A stretch of 64,000 nt of DNA. Source: Candidatus Komeilibacteria bacterium (lineage in GTDB: Bacteria; Patescibacteriota; Patescibacteriia; UBA1558). The position numbers were made by a program, and so were the translations under genes. This document shows positions 48,399 through 57,998 of the stretch, one piece after another; the first letter of the stretch is position 1; each line of letters starts with the position of its first letter. Under the pieces are notes generated by a model. That model saw only the letters and a list, made by a program, of their open reading frames with translations. It was not told where the DNA came from and searched no databases. The stretch lies in assembly GCA_048538235.1 (NCBI GenBank), contig JBLYPX010000001.1:72013-136012 (forward strand). The letters run 5' to 3'.

Positions 48399-49616
48399 AT
48401 GAATAAACAATACTTCTATATACTCGGGAATAATCCTGAGTTATCTATTGCTGAGATAATATCTCAGCTTCAAATTAAGCAGATAGATTATACTGTAGAT
48501 TTAGCAATCAGCAGTGTTTTAATAATATCTGCACCAGATTTAGACAACGCCTTTTTTAACAGTCTAGGTGGTAGTAAAAAGTTTGGTGAGATAAAACAAA
48601 AGCTATCCTCTTTAGATAAGCTATCCTTAGAAGATTTAGAAATAGGGGAAGATAAATTTAGATTTGGTTTTTCTTTATACAACTTTTCTAAATCTGAATT
48701 AAAGAAAAATATTCCAGTTTTAAGAAGAATGGGACTTACCTTTAAAAAAGAATTAAGAGCAAAGGGTGTTAAGTCAAGACTAGTTGAATCTAAAGAAGAT
48801 GAATTATCTTCAGTTATTGTGCATAAAGAAAAGATGGTGGAGAGTGGAGCAGATATTGTATTAATTAAATACAAAGAAGAAATATTCTATGGTAGAACAT
48901 CAGCTGTGCAAGATTATGATTCTTTTTCTAAAAGAGATTATGGTAAACCAGGTAGAGATTCTACTTCTGGAATGTTACCACCAAAGCTTGCTAGGATAAT
49001 GTTAAACCTAACTGGTAAGGATAGTAGTGATATAATCCTAGATCCGTTTTGTGGATCAGGTACAGTTATTCTAGAAGCATTAGCATTAGGTTATACAAAT
49101 ATATTAGGATCAGATAAAAGTGAAGTCGCAGTAGAGGATAGTAGTCGTAATTTAATATGGTGGCAACAACACCATGTTTTAAACAATATCCCTGAAGTTA
49201 AAAGAGTGAGAGTTGAAGAGTTGTCTAATTTTTACGACAATGATTCAGTAGACGCTATTGTAACAGAACCATATTTAGGGCCACCACTACGTGGTAAGGA
49301 AAGTCCTGCACAGATAATTAGTATGCAGAAGCAATTACAAGAACTATATTCTGTTACTCTTACACAGTTTAATAAAGTATTAAAACCAGGTGGGATTATT
49401 GTTATGGTCTGGCCAGTATTTGTAGATAAAAAAGATAATAGACTGTATTTAAACTTAAAAGATAAAGTTGAAAGTCTAAATTTAGAGTTTAAAGATTATT
49501 TAAAGAATATAGATTTATCTATTGAACGTTTAACTGCACATAGAAAAACTTACTATTATTACCGTGTTGGACAAAGAGTTGGTCGTGAAATAGTAATTTT
49601 AGAGAAGAAAAATTAG
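48399..49616 (+). CDS. SAM-dependent RNA methyltransferase (Trm11/UPF0020-like)
   Basis: GMLPPKLARIMLN, ILDPFCGSGT and IVTEPYLG motifs. Confidence 0.8.
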   Translation: MNKQYFYILGNNPELSIAEIISQLQIKQIDYTVDLAISSVLIISAPDLDNAFFNSLGGSKKFGEIKQKLSSLDKLSLEDLEIGEDKFRFGFSLYNFSKSELKKNIPVLRRMGLTFKKELRAKGVKSRLVESKEDELSSVIVHKEKMVESGADIVLIKYKEEIFYGRTSAVQDYDSFSKRDYGKPGRDSTSGMLPPKLARIMLNLTGKDSSDIILDPFCGSGTVILEALALGYTNILGSDKSEVAVEDSSRNLIWWQQHHVLNNIPEVKRVRVEELSNFYDNDSVDAIVTEPYLGPPLRGKESPAQIISMQKQLQELYSVTLTQFNKVLKPGGIIVMVWPVFVDKKDNRLYLNLKDKVESLNLEFKDYLKNIDLSIERLTAHRKTYYYYRVGQRVGREIVILEKKN

Positions 49617-49667
49617 TTGTTCATTACATGAATTTATGTTATAATTTGGTATATAACAACATTTTTT

Positions 49668-50774
49668 ATGGACGATTTTATCGTTAAAGAATACGCTGTC
49701 AAAGATAAGGACGGCAAATTCAAAATTTGGCAAGAAGGTAAGCTAGTAAACTACCAACAATGGCTAGCAAGTAAGGCTATTGCTAGTACAACTAGTAGGT
49801 TGCAAAGATCTCAAGCAATGGTAGACACTGGTATGGAAGAGCCTGTTTTAGCACCACCAGCTCCTACTATTTACAAACAGCCACCAAAATTTGGATTAGA
49901 AAAGATAATAACAAGATTAGTAGAAGAATTCTCTTTGCAATTAACTCAAGAAGCAAGAGATAGATTTGCTAGACTATTATTATCTTTTTTTAGAGGAGCA
50001 AGAACGGCTGTAGATTTAAGAACTAGCCTACAAGGAGATTGGAAATTTGGTGATGTTGGGTTAAAAGAAGTAGATATGGATGGATTATTAAAAGCTGTTA
50101 AAGAAATAGACAAGAAAATTAAAGAAAATGGTGGTGAAGTTGTTAGTTTGCAGATAGATGAAAAGAAGTTAAAGGATAAGCCACATATTGCTAAAGAAAT
50201 TGCAGATGCTGAAGTAGCTGCTAAGAATGAGATAAAGGATACAATAGATAAACAAGCCAGTATTATTCAGCAGGCAAATGCTGCTAGTTCTGGTGGGATA
50301 GCAAATATTGGTAAAGAAGAAAAGGCAGACGATTTTGTAGTTAAGAAACAAGAGCCGGTAGAGAAAAAGGGAATGTTTTCTTGGCACAAAAGATCACATA
50401 CTGTACCAGCTGGTAAAGTAGCTATGGATGAAGTAAAGAATTTTACAAAACTTGTAGGTCCGGTTGATGAATTACAACAATTAGATTTGAATATGTTTAG
50501 AAGATTGGGTTCAACTCCAACTTCTATTATAGATAAGATTAAAGAAAGAATAGATTCATTGTCTAATGGTTCTGTTGCTGAAAGAGATAGAGTAATTAAA
50601 GCCTGGCAAGCAAGTCCTGTTTATGGATTGTATGTAAGATTAGGCAGAGCAAGTTTAGAAGATGGTTTACCAGTAGATACAATTATTAAGCAACAGACAA
50701 ATGCTGGACAACCATCATTAACAGTTGAAGAGTTTGATGCTATTTCAGATTTAAATGCTAAGTTTAGATTTTAA
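49668..50774 (+). CDS. Hypothetical protein heading the T4SS-like cluster
   Basis: 368 aa ORF; LVGPVDEL..WQASP C-terminal block; 2 nt from the prgI-like gene. Confidence 0.7.
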   Translation: MDDFIVKEYAVKDKDGKFKIWQEGKLVNYQQWLASKAIASTTSRLQRSQAMVDTGMEEPVLAPPAPTIYKQPPKFGLEKIITRLVEEFSLQLTQEARDRFARLLLSFFRGARTAVDLRTSLQGDWKFGDVGLKEVDMDGLLKAVKEIDKKIKENGGEVVSLQIDEKKLKDKPHIAKEIADAEVAAKNEIKDTIDKQASIIQQANAASSGGIANIGKEEKADDFVVKKQEPVEKKGMFSWHKRSHTVPAGKVAMDEVKNFTKLVGPVDELQQLDLNMFRRLGSTPTSIIDKIKERIDSLSNGSVAERDRVIKAWQASPVYGLYVRLGRASLEDGLPVDTIIKQQTNAGQPSLTVEEFDAISDLNAKFRF

Positions 50775-50776
50775 TT

Positions 50777-51262
50777 ATGCAGAAGTTTATTGTTCCACAA
50801 TTTATTGACGTTGAAAGTAAAATATTTGGACCAATTACAACCAGACAGTTTTTAATAATGTTAGTTGGTTTAATGTTTGGTTTTGTAGCATATAAATTAT
50901 CTGACATATCATTATTCGCAGTAGAGGCAGCTATTATTGCGGTTGTAACTATAGCCTTTGCCTTTGTTAAAGTTAATTCAGCCCCTTTTCATGTTTTTCT
51001 TTTAAACTATATTAAAACAATGAAGTCAGCTAAGATTAGAATTTGGAAAAGACAACCATATATTCAACAAACAAAGAAACAGGAAGAGGAAAATATTAAT
51101 AATAATGAGCCAGTGGTAAACAAGAGACAGGTTAGTGCTTCAAGATTATCTGAGCTGTCATTAATAATAGACACGGGTGGAGCATACCAAGGAGAAGATC
51201 CATTACAAAATACATTAGATACACAACCAATAAATATAGATAAAGAATTAGGAGAAAATTAA
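50777..51262 (+). CDS. PrgI family protein
   Basis: VPQFIDVESKIFGPITTRQF followed by two TMs. Confidence 0.88.
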   Translation: MQKFIVPQFIDVESKIFGPITTRQFLIMLVGLMFGFVAYKLSDISLFAVEAAIIAVVTIAFAFVKVNSAPFHVFLLNYIKTMKSAKIRIWKRQPYIQQTKKQEEENINNNEPVVNKRQVSASRLSELSLIIDTGGAYQGEDPLQNTLDTQPINIDKELGEN

Positions 51263-51945
51263 TGAAAAATAAAAAAGCAAAAAATCAAGGAATACAATCA
51301 ACTGAGAAATATTTATTTGTTTCTACTATTCGTGATGATACAGTTGTTTTAAAAACAGGCGGTTTAAGAGCTGTATTATTAACTTCTTCAATAAACTTTG
51401 CTTTAAAGAATGAAGATGAACAGCAGGGTATAGTACAGGGTTATGTAGCCTTACTTAATTCTGTAGATTTTCCATTACAAATATGTGTACAGTCTAGAAA
51501 GCTTAATATTGATTCATATCTTTTGAGAATAGATGAACAGTATAAGAAAACTACTAATGATTTAATGAAGATACAATTACAAGAGTATAAAAAATATATT
51601 GTAGAGCTATTAGATTTGGGAGATATCATGAGTAAAAAGTTTTATGTAATTATTCCTTATGAACCGGGTTCATCAAGTACTAAGAAAAGTTTTACAACTC
51701 AAATGTCAGAGGTATTTTCACCAACTAAGTCTATAAATTTAAGTAAGAAACAGTTTGCAGAGTATAAGAATGAATTAGAAAGAAGAGTAGCTTTAGTAGA
51801 GGCTGGTTTCAGAGGTATGGGATTGTCTTCTGTTAGATTGGATACTCAAGGCTTAATAGAGTCTCTATACAATACATATAATCCAATGGTGTCACAATTT
51901 GAAAAGATAAAAGATATTAATGACTTAAATATTGAGAATCAATGA
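51262..51945 (+). CDS. VirB4/TraC N-terminal-like accessory protein
   Basis: SINFALK..EQ..LNSVDFPLQI..SRKLNI; lies between prgI and virB4. Confidence 0.7.
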   Translation: MKNKKAKNQGIQSTEKYLFVSTIRDDTVVLKTGGLRAVLLTSSINFALKNEDEQQGIVQGYVALLNSVDFPLQICVQSRKLNIDSYLLRIDEQYKKTTNDLMKIQLQEYKKYIVELLDLGDIMSKKFYVIIPYEPGSSSTKKSFTTQMSEVFSPTKSINLSKKQFAEYKNELERRVALVEAGFRGMGLSSVRLDTQGLIESLYNTYNPMVSQFEKIKDINDLNIENQ

Positions 51946-53801
51946 TAAAAGTAGATTCAGGACAAATAGTTGCTGCACCAAAGCCAATTCCAGCAAAAGA
52001 GGTAGATAATATGAAAGCTAAAGAAGCTTTGGAAGCGGAAAAGAAATACCGTGAAGGTGTTACTTCGGTAAGAGAGTTAATTGCACCTTCAAGTATGCAA
52101 ATAACAAATGACTATTTAAGGTTGGGACAAAAGTTTGTTCGAACATTATTTGTATTTACTTTTCCTAGATATATTTCCTTAGGTTGGTTTGCTCCAGTTA
52201 TTAATTTAAATGCACCAATAGATATTTCAATGTATTTCTATCCTGTACCAGCTAAAGTTGTTTTAAAACAGCTAAAAAATAAGGTTGGTACATTAGAAGC
52301 AGAAATATATGCAGAGGCTGAAAAAGGAGCGCCACGTGATCCAATTAAGGAAACAGCTTTAAGAGATGTTGAAGGTTTAAGAGATAATTTAACACAAGGT
52401 ATTGAGAAGTTTTTCCAATATGCTTTATATATTACAATTTATGCAGACGATAAAGAAGAATTAGATAAATTAACAGATAGCGTAGAATCTATTATTGGTG
52501 CAAAGTTAGTTATGTCTAAAAGAGCTCTTTACCAAGCAGAGCAAGGGTTTAATTCAACCTTGCCACTTGGTAATGATGAAATTATGGTGTCAGTTAATAT
52601 GAACTCATCACCAGCTGCTTCTTCATTCCCATTTATCTCTTCAGATTTAACATCTGATGATGGTATTCTATATGGTATTAATAGACATAATAATAGTTTA
52701 ATTATTTTCGATAGATTTACATTACAGAATGCAAATGCTTGTGTATTCGCAACCTCTGGTGCTGGTAAAAGTTATACAGTTAAGTTAGAAGTTCTAAGAA
52801 GTTTAATGATGGGTACAGAGGTTATTATTATTGACCCAGAAAATGAGTATAAATATTTAGCAGAAGCTACTAATGGAACATATGTAAATGTTTCTTTAAA
52901 CTCAGAAAGTAAGATTAATCCTTTTGATTTGCCAAGAGGTGTTGGTGGCGATTCTAAGCCAGCAGATATTTTACGTTCAGCTGTTATTACCATTAAAGGA
53001 CTTCTTAAGATTATGCTTGGTGAATTTTCTCATCAAGAAGATTCTTTAATAGATAGAGCTATACTTGAGACTTATGCTAAAAAAGATATTGGGCCAGATA
53101 GTGATTTGTCTAAAGTTGAGCCTCCAATTATGAGCGATTTAGAACAAGTATTAGCTGGTATGGAAGGCGGAGAAGATCTAGCTTTACGTTTACAAAAATA
53201 TACCAGTGGTACATTTTCAGGACTACTTAATAACCAAACTAATGTAGATATGGATAATCAATTGGTAGTATTTTCTGTTCGTGATCTAGAAGATGAATTA
53301 AGACCAATTGGTATCTATACAATTGTAAACTATATTTGGAATGTAGTTAGGTCTCAAATGAAAAAGAGATTGCTTGTTATTGATGAGGCTTGGTGGTTGA
53401 TGCAACATGATGACTCAGCTAAGTTTATCTTTGCTCTTGTCAAACGTTGTCGTAAATATTATTTGGGAGTTACTACTATTACTCAGGATGTTAATGACTT
53501 TTTAAATAATAAATATGGTAGGGCGATTGTAACCAACTCAGCTATGCAGATATTATTAAAACAGTCTGCAGCTGCTATAGATAATGTTCAAAAAACATTT
53601 ATGTTAACAGAAGGGGAGAAGTATCTATTATTAGAAGGTAAAGTTGGTACAGGAATATTTTTTGCAGGCACAAAGCATGCCGCTATTCAAGTGGTAGCTT
53701 CTTATGCTGAGGATCAAGTTATTACATCTGATCCAAAGCAATTATTAGAAATAGAAGAAGCTAAAAAAGAGTTTGCTGAAGAGCAAGCAGCTAATGAGTA
53801 A
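51942..53801 (+). CDS. VirB4-like conjugation/T4SS ATPase
   Basis: ATSGAGKS Walker A, IIDPENEY, INPFDL, VIDEAW Walker B and RCRKY..TQD. Confidence 0.92.
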   Translation: MIKVDSGQIVAAPKPIPAKEVDNMKAKEALEAEKKYREGVTSVRELIAPSSMQITNDYLRLGQKFVRTLFVFTFPRYISLGWFAPVINLNAPIDISMYFYPVPAKVVLKQLKNKVGTLEAEIYAEAEKGAPRDPIKETALRDVEGLRDNLTQGIEKFFQYALYITIYADDKEELDKLTDSVESIIGAKLVMSKRALYQAEQGFNSTLPLGNDEIMVSVNMNSSPAASSFPFISSDLTSDDGILYGINRHNNSLIIFDRFTLQNANACVFATSGAGKSYTVKLEVLRSLMMGTEVIIIDPENEYKYLAEATNGTYVNVSLNSESKINPFDLPRGVGGDSKPADILRSAVITIKGLLKIMLGEFSHQEDSLIDRAILETYAKKDIGPDSDLSKVEPPIMSDLEQVLAGMEGGEDLALRLQKYTSGTFSGLLNNQTNVDMDNQLVVFSVRDLEDELRPIGIYTIVNYIWNVVRSQMKKRLLVIDEAWWLMQHDDSAKFIFALVKRCRKYYLGVTTITQDVNDFLNNKYGRAIVTNSAMQILLKQSAAAIDNVQKTFMLTEGEKYLLLEGKVGTGIFFAGTKHAAIQVVASYAEDQVITSDPKQLLEIEEAKKEFAEEQAANE

Positions 53802-53818
53802 TTATTAATTTTGTATAT

Positions 53819-54379
53819 ATGGAATTAAATTTAACAAGAAGGCAGATGATGATCATTGGGATTGTTGTATTGCTTTTGGTAATTATAGTAGTTGCTCTAA
53901 CAATGTTTAATAAAGAGAGTGCTGTTCAAGATGAATTTGTACCACAGGTTTATGACTCTAACAACATGAATACAGACGTAGAAATTAAAGCAGATGTAAA
54001 ATTAGATGAAAAGGAATATTTAGCAACTGCTGTAGCTCGTAATTTTGTAGCTCGTTTCTTAAGCTATTCTAATGAGAATTGGGGTGAGAATATTGCAGTT
54101 TTGGAACCACAAATGACAGAAGGAATGATGCAATATGCTCAGCAAGATTTAATAAAGCTTAAGAATGAGTATCCTACAGATGAATTCTATGGTGTTTCAG
54201 CAAAAGCTTTAAGTCAGAAAATAGTTAATGAGCAAGATAATGGTTATAGTATTGAAGTATCTGTCCAGTTACAAAAAACTATTGGTAATACAGAAGAGAT
54301 TGAATACAAAAAGTACGAAGTTGGTTTAGTAGCTTCAGGTGATTCTTGGTTGATTAATAGTCTATATTTGATTGAATAA
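53819..54379 (+). CDS. Bitopic protein, VirB8/TcpC-like
   Basis: N-terminal TM, ARNFVARFLSYS and a terminal WLIN strand suggestive of an NTF2-like fold. Confidence 0.55.
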   Translation: MELNLTRRQMMIIGIVVLLLVIIVVALTMFNKESAVQDEFVPQVYDSNNMNTDVEIKADVKLDEKEYLATAVARNFVARFLSYSNENWGENIAVLEPQMTEGMMQYAQQDLIKLKNEYPTDEFYGVSAKALSQKIVNEQDNGYSIEVSVQLQKTIGNTEEIEYKKYEVGLVASGDSWLINSLYLIE

Positions 54380-54825
54380 TGGTAGCAGAATTAATAACTG
54401 CAGAGGAGTTTGAAGAATCCGTAGATCAGGATAGGGCAGCAGCTATTAGAGAGGCTGCTAAGAAGAATGTTAGTGATGCTAAAGATAATGTAACTTCAGC
54501 TATAACTAGCGAAGCAAGTAAGAGAGTATTAGATAAGTTCTTTTTAAATGTTAATAATTCAATTTGGGGATTATCTTTTATGTTATTTCCATTACTTGGT
54601 TTAACCCTGTTAATGTCTGTAGTATTAATCTTGGCTTTATTTTTAAAAAAGATATTGGGTTCTGTATTAGAGACAAAAGGTTTTAGTTTAGACGTTGGAT
54701 TATTAGCTACTATGTATACCTGGGGTACATTTATTATACAATTACTTTTAACAGTTTTAGTTTATTCAATAATATATATGATTGCTAATCCAGTAGATTT
54801 CACACTTGATGCAATAGGTTTATGA
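54379..54825 (+). CDS. Hypothetical membrane protein
   Basis: 148 aa with two long hydrophobic segments; translationally coupled to neighbours. Confidence 0.65.
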   Translation: MVAELITAEEFEESVDQDRAAAIREAAKKNVSDAKDNVTSAITSEASKRVLDKFFLNVNNSIWGLSFMLFPLLGLTLLMSVVLILALFLKKILGSVLETKGFSLDVGLLATMYTWGTFIIQLLLTVLVYSIIYMIANPVDFTLDAIGL

Positions 54826-56051
54826 CAATAGATCCAAAGTACAAAAAAATATTAGTGATAATTGGTTTTATAGCCGTAGTGTTTTTAATGGCTTGGTTTT
54901 TATATTCAATGTTTTTTGCACCAACTCCACCCCCAACAGTAATTGTACCGCCAGACCAACAACAACCAGGTGGTGGTTTACCAACAGTCGGTGAAGGAAC
55001 TGGTGACAGACCAGTGACTGTTGATCCAATAACTGGTTTACCTATTACTACACCGGACTTACCACGTGTAAGAACAGAAGATATAGCCTCTATTGAAGCA
55101 GATACAGTGGTTGAACAGAATGTAATGTCAGTAGAAAAAAGTAGTTTAGGATCTTTGGTTTATTATAATAAAGATGATGGTAAGTTTTATAGCTATGCTA
55201 ATGGCAATGTTACTGCTTTAAGCGATAAAGCTTTCCATAATGTAGAAAGTGTCGCTTGGTCAAGAAAAGGAGATAGGGCTGTTTTAGAATATCCAGATGG
55301 GCATAATATTTTTTATGATTTTAATAAAGAAAAACAAATATCCCTACCAAAGGAATTAACAGACTTTTCTTTTGATCAGAGTGGTGAAAAGTTTGCAGCT
55401 AAAGTTATTTCAGATTTTCCAGATAATAATTGGATAGTAACATCTAACTATGATGGATCAGGAGTGTATTTTGTAGAACATTTAGGTGAAAAAGAAAAAG
55501 ATGTACAAATAGATTGGTCACCAGCCGGTGAGATAGTAGCAACGTATAGAGAGGGAATAGATTTTGAAAGACAAGAAGTTTATCCTATTGGACAATCTGG
55601 TGGTAATATTAAATCACTAGTTACAGATGGTAGAGGTTTTGAGAGTTCTTGGTCTCCACAAGGTGACTATATTCTCTATAGTGTTTACAATACCAATTCT
55701 GGTTATCGTCCAACATTATACTTAGCAGATATGGGTGGAGACTGGACTGGTTCATATAAAATAGATATTGGAATTAATACTTGGTCAGATAAATGTACTT
55801 TTACTGACAATTCACAAAAAGTATATTGTGCAGTACCAGAAGAATTGCCAGAGCTATCTGGTATATTTAGAGATTTAGCAGCCGACCAACAAGATGTATT
55901 TTATGAGATTAATTTAGTTACAGGTAGTAAGCGTATAATAGCAGCACCAGAAGATGTTAGTGCTACTGGTTTGCAAATATCTTCAGATGGTAATACATTA
56001 TATTTTGTTAATGATTCAACTGGTAATTTAGAGGAAATTAATTTGAGATAA
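54822..56051 (+). CDS. Membrane-anchored beta-propeller (TolB/WD40-like) protein
   Basis: TM, Pro/Thr-rich linker, and WSRKG/WSPAG/WSPQG/ISSDG repeats. Confidence 0.8.
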   Translation: MTIDPKYKKILVIIGFIAVVFLMAWFLYSMFFAPTPPPTVIVPPDQQQPGGGLPTVGEGTGDRPVTVDPITGLPITTPDLPRVRTEDIASIEADTVVEQNVMSVEKSSLGSLVYYNKDDGKFYSYANGNVTALSDKAFHNVESVAWSRKGDRAVLEYPDGHNIFYDFNKEKQISLPKELTDFSFDQSGEKFAAKVISDFPDNNWIVTSNYDGSGVYFVEHLGEKEKDVQIDWSPAGEIVATYREGIDFERQEVYPIGQSGGNIKSLVTDGRGFESSWSPQGDYILYSVYNTNSGYRPTLYLADMGGDWTGSYKIDIGINTWSDKCTFTDNSQKVYCAVPEELPELSGIFRDLAADQQDVFYEINLVTGSKRIIAAPEDVSATGLQISSDGNTLYFVNDSTGNLEEINLR

Positions 56052-56068
56052 ATTATTATTTATATATT

Positions 56069-57235
56069 ATGTTTAAATTAACTAAAACAATTCCGCTATT
56101 AATATTTGTATTTAGCTTAGTGGTTTTAATTGCAACCCCAGCATTGGCTAGTAATAGTACACAAATACAATTTATTCCAAGTACTACTATTCCTGGCAGT
56201 GATTTTGTTGCTGGTAGTGCAATAGATATTAATTCAGGAAGTTTAGGGCAATATATATTAGCTATATATAATTATGGTATTGGTTTGGTAGCAGTCCTTG
56301 CTGTTGTTATGATAATGTTTGGTGGGTATAAATGGATATTTGCAGCTGGTAATGCTAGTAGTATAGGTTCAGCTAAGAGTACTATTATTAGTGCTTTAGT
56401 TGGTCTAGTATTAGCTTTAGGGTCATATTTGTTACTTAATACCATTAACCCAGCTTTAACTACTTTTGAACCTCTGTATACACCAACACCTAAGATTGGT
56501 TCATGCCCTGTTGCTATTAATAATTGTGCTCAGATTAGTAATTTTTTTACTTATGTTAAAAATGAGCAATCTACTGAAGCGGGCGTAGAGGATGCAAAAA
56601 AATATTATGCTACAAAACTTGGACTTACTGATGCGAAGGGCAATTATACTGATAACTTTAGCATGGCTAAACTCACAGAATTAATGTGTAAGAGTGAAGA
56701 CGTGCAAGCTGGTTGTGGGATTTATCCTGGAATGTGTATTTGGAATAGTAGCTCAACTTGTCAGAACATAACTGCGGTATCTTGTTCAAGCGATGCAGAT
56801 TGTACCGCTTTAAGTTCTAGCACATTATGTGAAACACAAACTAACCATTGTTCATTTGGGTTAAGAAATTCAGCCTGTGCAGATAGTACGGAGTGTAATA
56901 ATGGTTTAAATTGTGTAGATAATAAATGTTTTGCATTAGGTGAAGAAGGTGATGAGTGTGATAATAATAATGAATGCGCACCAGGACTTGTTTGTACTGA
57001 TGAAGCTGGCTATCCAGATGTTTGTAGACCACAGTCACCACAGTGTACGGCTGGGGATGATGATTTTTGTAGAAGTCAAAACGGTTGGGAAGATGATAAT
57101 TCTGCAGACTGTAATTATGATAGTTATTTTTACTTTAATTCGTGTGACTGTGATGGCGATTCTGCCTGTTCTCCAGGTTATAAATGTTTTGATACGAAGA
57201 ATGGTGCAAATGATGTTTGTTTACCAGCCGCATAA
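56069..57235 (+). CDS. VirB2/TrbC-like pilin with Cys-rich C-terminal extension
   Basis: LAVVMIMFGGYKWIFAAGN..AKSTIISALVGLVLALGSYLLLNTINP, then CxxxxxCxxxxxC repeats. Confidence 0.85.
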   Translation: MFKLTKTIPLLIFVFSLVVLIATPALASNSTQIQFIPSTTIPGSDFVAGSAIDINSGSLGQYILAIYNYGIGLVAVLAVVMIMFGGYKWIFAAGNASSIGSAKSTIISALVGLVLALGSYLLLNTINPALTTFEPLYTPTPKIGSCPVAINNCAQISNFFTYVKNEQSTEAGVEDAKKYYATKLGLTDAKGNYTDNFSMAKLTELMCKSEDVQAGCGIYPGMCIWNSSSTCQNITAVSCSSDADCTALSSSTLCETQTNHCSFGLRNSACADSTECNNGLNCVDNKCFALGEEGDECDNNNECAPGLVCTDEAGYPDVCRPQSPQCTAGDDDFCRSQNGWEDDNSADCNYDSYFYFNSCDCDGDSACSPGYKCFDTKNGANDVCLPAA

Positions 57236-57252
57236 ATAGTTTTAGATATAAT

Positions 57253-57287
57253 AAAAAAGGCTCTCATTCTGAGAGCCTTTTCTTTTT
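57253..57287. terminator. Bidirectional intrinsic terminator
   Basis: AAAAGGCTCTCA-ttc-TGAGAGCCTTTT. Confidence 0.88.
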
Positions 57288-57309
57288 GAAAGATTTTCCT
57301 GTCCTGCAG

Positions 57310-57714
57310 TTAAATCTTTTTTTCTTTGCATGGAACACATTTGGTAGTTGATGGTACGCTCATCAAACGACCGAATGGTATAATCTCCCCACATTCAGTA
57401 CAATGATCGTCATATTCGCCTTTACGGATATTTATGATTGTCTCCGTAAGTTTGTTGACTAAATGACAATGATTGTCAGCTCTGATTGTAGCTATCTGAT
57501 TGTCTGGACAACGCTGAGCTCTTTCAGCAATTTCACCGGAATTTGGACTACTTCCATCATCCTGTACTTTGAAACTGGAAACAAGACTTTCAACATCTTG
57601 TCCTTTTCGTTCTAGTTCTGTAAAAGCTTCGCTCATAAGAGAGCTAAGCTGTTCTACATTGAGTGTTGACTTTGGCGATTCCGGTATTTCAACCAGAGTT
57701 GTGTTCATTTCCAT
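57310..57714 (-). CDS. TraR/DksA family C4 zinc-finger protein
   Basis: GEYDDHCTECGEIIPFGRLMSVPSTTKCVPCKE; coiled-coil tip reads NSGEIA rather than DxxDxA. Confidence 0.85.
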   Translation of the reverse strand: MEMNTTLVEIPESPKSTLNVEQLSSLMSEAFTELERKGQDVESLVSSFKVQDDGSSPNSGEIAERAQRCPDNQIATIRADNHCHLVNKLTETIINIRKGEYDDHCTECGEIIPFGRLMSVPSTTKCVPCKEKKI

Positions 57715-57991
57715 TTGAGCTCCAATCTATTTGACTCTTACAAGTTAATGTTAACATCCCGATTTTTTGGAATGTTAAAGTCAAGTAGGTTGAGCTGAGA
57801 TAAGGGATCTGTTGCTCATTAGTCCTCCTCTAATAATGAGTTTTGGGTTGTCAAAGAAAGTTTTGACCCATCATACTTTTTTACCGTTTTGTTTTGGTGA
57901 AATTTTTGATGGGTCTTTAATGGAAACTCCGGGATGTTAGGTCTAGAGTCCAATAATATGATATATTATACCATAAAATATTTTTTGTCAA
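57715..57991 (-). promoter_or_regulatory. Promoter and ~240 nt structured leader with a 12-codon uORF
   Basis: TTGACA (57986-91) and TGgTATAAT; several mutually exclusive stems; AGGAGG then ATG at 57819, ending TGA at 57781. Confidence 0.6.
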
Positions 57992-57998
57992 GATTTAT

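Noticed and set aside
724-57239. Many other short antisense or out-of-frame ORFs within long genes (e.g. 724-1005, 10608-10907, 19170-19544, 41764-42279, 56940-57239)
   Set aside because: Nested in well-supported CDSs, with no motifs or expression signals
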